From the NCBI GenBank assembly GCA_033442325.1, contig JAWQFM010000027.1:625420-633664 (forward strand): DNA of 8,245 nt, given 5' to 3'. The position numbers were made by a program, and so were the translations under genes. Below are positions 1 to 7,517 of this stretch, one piece after another (the stretch's first letter is position 1; every line of letters starts with the position of its first letter). The stretch is from Salpingoeca rosetta. Its lineage: Eukaryota > Protista > Choanoflagellata. The notes under the pieces were generated by a model, which saw nothing but the letters and a program-made list of their open reading frames with translations, was not told the origin of the DNA and did not search any database.

Positions 1-498
1 GATATCACCAGCAACGCGGTGGCCTTGCGCCATATCCGCCGCCACGGCAACGCCAACAGCGGCACAGTTCGCCCCACCCGCCGCACCACCACCGCTGCCA
101 CGACGACCCGCAACGCCGCCCGCAACAGCACCAGCGCAATCACCACATCGCGTGCCACCGCTGTTCTTCGTGCAACCCTGCAGGTGGAGGTGCACCCCCG
201 ACGCAGCGTCACGTCCGAAGCGCTCAGGGCCAAACTCGACGGCCTCATACGCCAGGGCGGTCGCGCTGCTGTCCTCACCAGGGGCGACTTCTTCTTGCCT
301 GCTGGCAACGCAGCCGTCGTCACGCCAGGATACATGCACCGCAGCACGCCAAGGCCAACACGCCCGTCGCCGCTTCGCCAGGAGCAGAGCGCCGTTGTCG
401 CTGATCGTGCCGCTGTTCGTGCTGGCGGTGACCGGGACCGTGAGGTTGACGGTGTTGCTCAGCGCATGCAGGGCGTCACCATCACCCGCCAGCAGTGA
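1..498 (+). CDS. 3' part of a hypothetical protein (Arg/Thr-rich low-complexity N-part), 5'-truncated by the window edge
   Basis: Frame +1 is open from base 1 (GAT ATC ACC AGC...) to TGA at 496-498. Most codons end in G/C, there are no microsatellites inside, and composition switches abruptly to G/T-rich non-coding sequence after the stop. No domain recognised. Confidence 0.65.
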   Translation, partial: DITSNAVALRHIRRHGNANSGTVRPTRRTTTAATTTRNAARNSTSAITTSRATAVLRATLQVEVHPRRSVTSEALRAKLDGLIRQGGRAAVLTRGDFFLPAGNAAVVTPGYMHRSTPRPTRPSPLRQEQSAVVADRAAVRAGGDRDREVDGVAQRMQGVTITRQQ

Positions 499-802
499 GA
501 CAGACACACGCAGGGGCAGCTGATGCGACGAGATTTTTTTGGGGGGGGGGAGGGTTGAAGCAGCGGTGGGCGGGACAGTTGTGTCGACCGGTTGGTTGGT
601 TGTGTTGGTTGGAGTGCCTGTTTGTTGGTGTGGTTGGTTGCTTGGATGTATGTGCCAGTGAGCCATGGAGTGGAAAGGAGGTGCACATGGCTGCCAGCTT
701 AAGTGCGTGCGTCTGTCGACAGCTGTCGCTGGCCATGCACTGGTGCTTGTGCGCACCACGTGCCTTCCGCTCATTGGCTGGGAGTCGTGAGTTGTGTCGA
801 AG

Positions 803-803
803 G

Positions 804-838
<35 letters not shown>
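803..838. repeat. (GTT)12 microsatellite
   Basis: 12 perfect GTT units read directly. Confidence 0.97.
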
Positions 839-1138
839 GCTACTGCTGCTGGTTCAGCCCCCCTGCCTTGTCTTGTCTTCCATTGGTCGTCTCATATCTA
901 TGTGTGTACGTGCATGACTGTGCCTGTGTCATGATGCGGTGTGTTCGTTGCTGTGGAAACCTGCTGTGACTACCATCGCTGCCATGAACAAGACTGCAAC
1001 AAGTACACAGTGTGCACAAACGCGAGTGGCACAACGTGAGGTGATGTGTGCATGTGTGTGTGCATGTGTGACGTGTGTGGCTGGTTGGAAGGGGAGTAAA
1101 ACTGCAAACTGCATGAGCAAAGCGCAAGCTGCTCAACT

Positions 1139-1212
1139 CACACACACACACACACACACACACACGCGACATGCTCACACGACATGCTCACACACACACA
1201 CACAGACACGCA
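1139..1212. repeat. Compound (CA)n microsatellite with an embedded 2 x 13 bp duplication (CGACATGCTCACA, 1167-1192)
   Basis: Read directly from the sequence. Confidence 0.9.
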
Positions 1213-1247
1213 CGCGTGTGTGAGTCACATTTGTTGCACTCACCCCG

Positions 1248-1413
1248 ATGAAACAAAAGACTGCCGAGGTGACTACCAACATCATCCAGTGTGGCTGGTA
1301 CGCAGCCTTCTCGACTGCAACCATGTCGAAAGCAGTGATGAAGATGGTGATGTTGATGGTGATCCTGCTGACGTTGACTGGCGTGTGGCGAACAGTCACT
1401 TCCTGTCAGATCG
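1248..1413 (+). CDS. Possible first coding exon with a signal-peptide-like segment (MSKAVMKMVMLMVILLTLTGVWRTVTSC), running into the gap
   Basis: ATG at 1248 and 1323 follow a CA tract. The frame is open to the gap and gives a basic-hydrophobic-small-residue pattern. It competes with a minus-strand exon model at 1402-1244. Confidence 0.3.
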
Positions 1414-2025
1414 NNNNNNNNNNNNNNNNNNNNNNNNNNNNNNNNNNNNNNNNNNNNNNNNNNNNNNNNNNNNNNNNNNNNNNNNNNNNNNNNNNNNNNN
1501 NNNNNNNNNNNNNNNNNNNNNNNNNNNNNNNNNNNNNNNNNNNNNNNNNNNNNNNNNNNNNNNNNNNNNNNNNNNNNNNNNNNNNNNNNNNNNNNNNNNN
1601 NNNNNNNNNNNNNNNNNNNNNNNNNNNNNNNNNNNNNNNNNNNNNNNNNNNNNNNNNNNNNNNNNNNNNNNNNNNNNNNNNNNNNNNNNNNNNNNNNNNN
1701 NNNNNNNNNNNNNNNNNNNNNNNNNNNNNNNNNNNNNNNNNNNNNNNNNNNNNNNNNNNNNNNNNNNNNNNNNNNNNNNNNNNNNNNNNNNNNNNNNNNN
1801 NNNNNNNNNNNNNNNNNNNNNNNNNNNNNNNNNNNNNNNNNNNNNNNNNNNNNNNNNNNNNNNNNNNNNNNNNNNNNNNNNNNNNNNNNNNNNNNNNNNN
1901 NNNNNNNNNNNNNNNNNNNNNNNNNNNNNNNNNNNNNNNNNNNNNNNNNNNNNNNNNNNNNNNNNNNNNNNNNNNNNNNNNNNNNNNNNNNNNNNNNNNN
2001 NNNNNNNNNNNNNNNNNNNNNNNNN
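1414..2025. other. Assembly gap (612 N)
   Basis: Run of N. Confidence 1.
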
Positions 2026-2039
2026 CTCATTGTCTGCAG

Positions 2040-2123
2040 TGCGAGAGTGAGAGTGGGCTGCATGAGCTGGGAGAGGCGGTGCGATTCACCATCGTGAACA
2101 TCGGTGTGGTAGTGGTCGTGGAT
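2040..2123 (+). other. Candidate 84-nt exon, either coding (CESESGLHELGEAVRFTIVNIGVVVVVD) or 5'UTR
   Basis: Bounded by TTGTCTGCAG| (2039) and |GTGAGT (2124). Only one of the three forward frames is open across it, and its length is a multiple of 3. Confidence 0.45.
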
Positions 2124-2435
2124 GTGAGTGTATGGTCTCCCTGTCTGCGCAAGTGCGTGTGTGTGTTTGTCAGTCTGTGCATGAGCGCGGGTGTGTGTCT
2201 GTCTGTCTGTGCAAGTGTGTGTGTGTGTGGTTGCGTTCGTAGGTGCAAGACAGGATAGTACAGCCATGTGCACAGAGCCCTGTAAACACCAAAGACAAAG
2301 ACATCACCACAGTCCACATCTCCCAAAACACACACGCACGCTCACACTCACTCTCACACGAACGCGTTTGTTCATCCCTCTCACCCCCTCAACCTTCCCT
2401 CCACGCCATGCTTACCTGTGATGTCGAATGTGCAG
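2124..2435 (+). other. Candidate spliceosomal intron (312 nt)
   Basis: GTGAGT donor, GT-rich tract ~2154-2228, CA-rich tract ~2327-2360, pyrimidine-rich stretch ~2367-2416 and TGTGCAG acceptor. Confidence 0.55.
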
Positions 2436-2448
2436 GGCACGCGCGCTG

Positions 2449-3048
2449 ATGCTGAGGATGGCAACCACAACCACGATCACGACCACGACCGCCTTCGCTT
2501 TCGCCGGCGTCTTCGTCGCGCTCTCCGCCGCGTGCTGCATCGCATCCGCGCTCACCGTCGCCGTCATCATCGCCCCCGTGTCATCAATCGCCAACGCAAC
2601 CCATCCCCCCAGCGCAACCAGAGCACCACCCCGCCGCCACCACTCCGCGACCACACCGGCACCCAGCCGCGCCACCACCACCACCACCACCAGCAGCCTG
2701 ACGATGGCGTGCACGCTCCACCAACACCACGCCCTTCTCCTCCTCGCTCTCCTCAAGTCAACCGCCCCAACGATGCTCAGCGCACGGGCCATCACGACAG
2801 CCCCTGTCGCCACACCACCACCACGACCACCAACACCACTAACACGCCTGGTGCCACCTCCCCGCGCTCTGCCTTCGCCCCCTCCATCGCCACACCTGGG
2901 CGAGTTCATGATGCCCGAGCCACTCCCCATAGCACGACCACCATCGCCACCAACACCGCCAACACCGCCATCACCAGCGTCCCCGCGGCACTACTTGGGC
3001 CAGTTCATGTTTTTCTACGGCGAGCCCCACATCGCCTCCTTCGAGTGA
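2449..3048 (+). CDS. Hypothetical ~199-aa protein: N-terminal hydrophobic (transmembrane/signal-anchor-like) segment, Thr/Pro-rich middle, Pro-rich tail
   Basis: ATG at 2449 (or 2458) just after the 2435 acceptor, TGA at 3046-3048. Strong G/C-ending codons in the hydrophobic segment (AFAFAGVFVALSAACCIASALTVAVIIAPV) and in the C-terminus (HYLGQFMFFYGEPHIASFE). An overlapping frame (2418-3155) is also open. Confidence 0.6.
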   Translation: MLRMATTTTITTTTAFAFAGVFVALSAACCIASALTVAVIIAPVSSIANATHPPSATRAPPRRHHSATTPAPSRATTTTTTSSLTMACTLHQHHALLLLALLKSTAPTMLSARAITTAPVATPPPRPPTPLTRLVPPPRALPSPPPSPHLGEFMMPEPLPIARPPSPPTPPTPPSPASPRHYLGQFMFFYGEPHIASFE

Positions 3049-3374
3049 CGCCATCCATCCTCAACGCAGCAGCTGCTGCTGCCGTGGCAGTGATGCTCTG
3101 TTCTGCTGGTGGTGGCTCTTGTTCTTGCTATGCATGTCGGTACCTGCGACAGTAAAACAAGACACACCACCACGCAACGAGACTGGTACATACACAAGCA
3201 GGGTTGAACAGGGTGGGTGACACATGCGCAGATGTGAGACGGGGGGAGTGGCAAGGACACCATGCAAAACAACATGAAGATACATGGAACGACAAGAAAG
3301 CAGGGTGCACAACACAACCATACGCACTGCCACGACCAGACACACCACCAATATACCTCGTTGCATGGTCTTGG

Positions 3375-3431
3375 TCTTGATGGGCCGCCGCTATCTTGAT
3401 GGGCAGTCGCTGTCTTGATGGGCAGCCGCTC
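3375..3431. repeat. 3 x 19 bp tandem repeat, consensus TCTTGATGGGCAGCCGCT-N
   Basis: Units at 3375 (TCTTGATGGGCCGCCGCTA), 3394 (TCTTGATGGGCAGTCGCTG) and 3413 (TCTTGATGGGCAGCCGCTC). Confidence 0.9.
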
Positions 3432-3762
3432 GCACATGTCAGCGCCGCGCTGTTGGACAACAACAGCAACAGTCACAAAAACAAGAGCCAGGTCACACAC
3501 ATGCATGCACGCACGTACGTGAGTGTTAAGTGGCTGGGTGTCTGCTTGCAGGCAAGTGTTTGCTCATCCACCGTCAAGTCGACAGGGAGCGCGCTCGCAG
3601 CAGGAACACAACAACATAAAAGAAAACCAGGACAACCGCAACAGTAACGGCCGATGCCGCGCGTTCAAAAGCAGCCTGAAAATGAACGAAACCGGCCATT
3701 GAAAAAATTCACCCCCCACTCCCTTCCCCCCCTCATGCTCAACAACCACCACAATTGTCCAC

Positions 3763-3910
<148 letters not shown>

Positions 3911-3914
3911 CAGC

Positions 3915-4652
3915 ATGGAGATCCCCGGCATCATCCACATGGCGTTCTGCCCGTCCTTGCAGCCGCTGCCGGAGCACGAGAGGTCCAGCAGCAACATCAT
4001 CGCCCGCCACTTCATCAACGTGTGGCTGCTGTACATCGACCAGCACCGTCGCTGGCGTCACTTTGACGCGCTGCTCCAGACACACTTCCGTCCCTGGTTC
4101 GAGCAGCACGCACGCGGCCTGGCCTCGTTCAAGTCCATCACAGAGCGCATCGCCAGGGAGCTGCACAGCTGCAGCTTCAACGCCGACCAGTACATGGCCC
4201 TCGCCTTGTGGGCCAGCAGGCACGCCCACAGCACCGCGCCAACCCAAGCCCAGCTCCGCGCTGTCCACGACAGCTACTTCGTCCAAGGCGGCGTCTGGAT
4301 CAACGACACCACGGCGAGCATTCTGGCCAGCATGGACGTGTTCACGGTCTCCCCCGAGCACAGGGCCGTGCTGCTGCTGTATCACTGCCGCGATCCGCGC
4401 GTGTACGTCGAGATGGTCGGGACGCAGGGCACGCTCAACCAAGGGCTGCGCGACCAGACCGCAGCCTTCATCTCCATCCTCAAGAACATCCAAGATGCGC
4501 AGCAGGCCACCCTGGACGTGATGAGCGGTCACCGGTCGCGGTACACGTTGACCCCCGCCGTCACACCGCTGCCACCACCGCAGGACAGCAGCACCGCAGC
4601 CGTCAACACCAACGATATGGACGAGTTCCAGTGGCGGGAGCTGTACATGTGA
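3915..4652 (+). CDS. Hypothetical protein, 245 aa, intronless CDS (MEIPGIIHMAFCPS...DEFQWRELYM)
   Basis: ATG 3915 to TGA 4650-4652. The first 44 codons all end in G or C, the composition is complex and globular-looking, and microsatellites bound it sharply on both sides. The listed ORF start at 3654 only adds (HT)n repeat translation. CAG at 3911-3913 could be an acceptor, so it may be a terminal exon. No family recognised. Confidence 0.88.
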   Translation: MEIPGIIHMAFCPSLQPLPEHERSSSNIIARHFINVWLLYIDQHRRWRHFDALLQTHFRPWFEQHARGLASFKSITERIARELHSCSFNADQYMALALWASRHAHSTAPTQAQLRAVHDSYFVQGGVWINDTTASILASMDVFTVSPEHRAVLLLYHCRDPRVYVEMVGTQGTLNQGLRDQTAAFISILKNIQDAQQATLDVMSGHRSRYTLTPAVTPLPPPQDSSTAAVNTNDMDEFQWRELYM

Positions 4653-4735
4653 TCGGGTCGACTGGAAGGATGATGCAGACAAGGTGGAGGGAGGGGAAGG
4701 AACCGGGTGATGATGGCGGTGGTGCATGCTGATGC

Positions 4736-4794
4736 TGTGTGTGTGTGTGTGTGGGTGTGTGTGTGTGTGTGTGTGTGGGATGTGTGTGTGTGTG
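4736..4794. repeat. Interrupted (TG)n microsatellite
   Basis: Read directly. It lies ~85 nt after the stop at 4652. Confidence 0.93.
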
Positions 4795-5173
4795 GTGGGT
4801 ATTTGTATGCACATGTGTGCGGGTGGAAGAGGGAGCACTGGGTACCGCATCACTGCTGGTTAGGGTGGTGGTGATGGTTGGTTGGTTGGTTGGCTGCCCG
4901 TGTTTGGACACGTTTCTGCGCGCACATGGTGTTGTTGCTGCTTGCCGCTTGCCATTGTGCGTGCTGGTTGCTGCGTTGGTGGTGGGCTCGGTTCAGTTGC
5001 TTCTGGTGCGTGCACGTCAGTCTGGATTCACAGTACACAGAGAAAAAGACAAGCAAAGCAAAGTTGACATCGGTGTGTGTATGTGTGTTGGAGAGAAGGG
5101 ATGGACAGCAGATGCACAGCATTCGAGGGCACGAAACCTCACACAGGGAGGAAGGCAAGCGAGCGAGAGCAAG

Positions 5174-5230
5174 CACACACACACACACACGCACTCAGAC
5201 ACACGAGCTCACACACACACGTCAGCACAC
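5174..5230. repeat. Interrupted (CA)n microsatellite
   Basis: Read directly. Confidence 0.85.
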
Positions 5231-5467
5231 AGAGAGGAGATCAAGAACACTGCGTCGCCTGCACTCGATGAGCTGCTGGGCTGGTGTGTGGCATTTATCA
5301 TACCCATGCATTTATGCTTGAGCTTGACGATGCCACGACTGCCCACTCGCGTGGGTGAACATCTTCGACACTATGAGATCAAAAGGGAATGTTTACTCTC
5401 TTGATCTAGTGATCTGTTGATTGACCATGACATGAGAGGGTTGACTAACTTGTTGTCTGACTCATGT

Positions 5468-6115
5468 NNNNNNNNNNNNNNNNNNNNNNNNNNNNNNNNN
5501 NNNNNNNNNNNNNNNNNNNNNNNNNNNNNNNNNNNNNNNNNNNNNNNNNNNNNNNNNNNNNNNNNNNNNNNNNNNNNNNNNNNNNNNNNNNNNNNNNNNN
5601 NNNNNNNNNNNNNNNNNNNNNNNNNNNNNNNNNNNNNNNNNNNNNNNNNNNNNNNNNNNNNNNNNNNNNNNNNNNNNNNNNNNNNNNNNNNNNNNNNNNN
5701 NNNNNNNNNNNNNNNNNNNNNNNNNNNNNNNNNNNNNNNNNNNNNNNNNNNNNNNNNNNNNNNNNNNNNNNNNNNNNNNNNNNNNNNNNNNNNNNNNNNN
5801 NNNNNNNNNNNNNNNNNNNNNNNNNNNNNNNNNNNNNNNNNNNNNNNNNNNNNNNNNNNNNNNNNNNNNNNNNNNNNNNNNNNNNNNNNNNNNNNNNNNN
5901 NNNNNNNNNNNNNNNNNNNNNNNNNNNNNNNNNNNNNNNNNNNNNNNNNNNNNNNNNNNNNNNNNNNNNNNNNNNNNNNNNNNNNNNNNNNNNNNNNNNN
6001 NNNNNNNNNNNNNNNNNNNNNNNNNNNNNNNNNNNNNNNNNNNNNNNNNNNNNNNNNNNNNNNNNNNNNNNNNNNNNNNNNNNNNNNNNNNNNNNNNNNN
6101 NNNNNNNNNNNNNNN
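5468..6115. other. Assembly gap (648 N)
   Basis: Run of N. Confidence 1.
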
Positions 6116-6762
6116 GCAAAGGAGAACGATGTTGGCGAGCGCTAGGTGTGGTGTGGTGGCAGTGGTGGTCAAGGTGCCAAAGACGACGAAAGAAATGGAC
6201 CAACGTGCACCGCTACGCTGTTCTTGCCACGCGTATCATTACATCGTTGGCGGTGGGTAATGGTGACGCGTCGGACATCACCTGCACCACCATTGCAAGC
6301 TGACGGCTGTTGCTCTTCCCACTCCGTTGTCCAGTCTGCTGTCATCACGCATCTTCGCATCGCCCATTGCCGTGGTCATCCAAACGGGAGCCTCCATCTC
6401 ATCACGTCATGAACGCACGCCACGTGACCACAGCATCATGGCTTCTGCTGTGCGGCTACTGTTGTTGCTGTTACCGTTGTTGCTGTTACTGGTGCTGGTG
6501 CTCGGGGTGTCACGTGATGTTTGGGCAGCACAGCGCACATGCGTGCCAGCCTCAGGCGTCCTTCATCCACGTGGCGTTGTCACCAAACCGGTGTGGATGA
6601 CTGCAATCGTGGCGGTACCTGAATGAGCACAAGAACAACAGAAACAACAACGAACAGCAACCACAACAACAATCGCAACGTCCAAAATCGTCACGTGAGA
6701 CGAACGACGTGGCAGAGGAAGGGAATGAGCGCATGCTTGTGCCCCTTCACACACGCACTAGC

Positions 6763-6789
6763 ACATACGCAACATACGCAACATACGCA
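6763..6789. repeat. 3 x 9 bp perfect tandem repeat (ACATACGCA)
   Basis: Units at 6763, 6772 and 6781. Confidence 0.9.
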
Positions 6790-6937
6790 CGTGGATGAGG
6801 TAACGTGGCGGATGCTCCGTGCACGCGTGAGGAGCTGTGCGTGAGTGGCGTTAACAGGGACGGGAGGGACCACACCACCGCCTTCAAAGACGTATGGTCA
6901 AGTGGTGCACAATGTGAACCAACTGACCACCTGGACA

Positions 6938-6956
6938 TGTGTGTGTGTGTGTGTGT

Positions 6957-7001
<45 letters not shown>

Positions 7002-7043
7002 CGTGTGTGCGAGCGTGCATGCATGCGTGTGTGCGTGCGTGTG
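6938..7043. repeat. (TG)n microsatellite decaying into TGCG/TGCA variants
   Basis: Near-perfect from 6938 to 6997, degenerate to ~7043. Confidence 0.95.
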
Positions 7044-7381
7044 CTTGCATGTGAAAAGTGCATTTCCCAGGCTGCACCTTGGGTATAAATTATGCTGTCG
7101 GTGTTCAAAATGCGACAGCAGTTGCGCAGTTTGCAGTTTGCATGCGTGTTTTTCTGCTTGCTTGGGGCAACAGGGCTCCACAAGGCACAAGCACGCGTGC
7201 TTCCTCCTCGTCGCAGAGCTGGTGCAAGGACAAAGGCAACAATGGCCTTGCAAGAAGCAGTGCGCAAGAACGACAACGTGAGTGGTTGTGACGAGAGTGT
7301 TGTGCACCTCCAACAAAACATGAGAACAGCAAGAGAGCAAGGTCGGTGGAGTGGACGTGGCACCGCATGCAAATGAAAGGA

Positions 7382-7382
<1 letters not shown>

Positions 7383-7447
<65 letters not shown>

Positions 7448-7459
7448 CACACACACACA
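7383..7459. repeat. (CA)n microsatellite (32 perfect units to 7446)
   Basis: Read directly. Confidence 0.97.
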
Positions 7460-7465
7460 AGACAG

Positions 7466-7517
7466 ATACCTGGAGAGGAGAGGACAGCAGTTGCTGCTGA
7501 CACATGACCCTGACCCG
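7466..7517 (+). other. Candidate 52-nt internal exon (only open frame: YLERRGQQLLLTHDPDP)
   Basis: Bounded by ACAG| directly after the CA tract and CCG|GTGAGC at 7518. It is purine-rich inside. Confidence 0.35.

Larger units (their letters stand above)
6892..7465 (+). other. Candidate spliceosomal intron (574 nt)
   Basis: GTATGG donor-like site at 6892, (TG)n 6938-7043, (CA)n 7383-7459 and GACAG acceptor at 7465. Confidence 0.35.

Noticed and set aside
495-969. Poly-Leu and poly-Cys ORFs that look like a transmembrane helix or metallothionein
   Set aside because: Produced by the (GTT)12 repeat in G/T-rich downstream sequence.
1184-2273. Long ORFs crossing the first gap
   Set aside because: Their length is an artefact of N bases, and frame continuity across an estimated gap is meaningless.
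3375-3431. CRISPR-like reading of the 19-bp repeat
   Set aside because: Units are directly adjacent with no unique spacers, there are only three copies, no cas genes, and the context is eukaryotic.
4859-4893. Telomere-like GGTTAGGG and (GGTT)n, the latter also at 590-640
   Set aside because: Only a single TTAGGG and short tetranucleotide runs, not a telomeric array.
5417-6303. Long ORFs crossing the second gap
   Set aside because: N artefact. The flanking translations are short and lack convincing codon bias.
6310-6690. Cys-rich, Leu-rich and Asn-rich short ORFs
   Set aside because: Derived from degenerate GTT/GCT and CAA triplet runs, with no consistent frame bias.
7084-7090. TATA-like TATAAAT
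   Set aside because: Isolated, with no supported downstream CDS, and inside a candidate intron. It cannot be called a promoter without TSS data.
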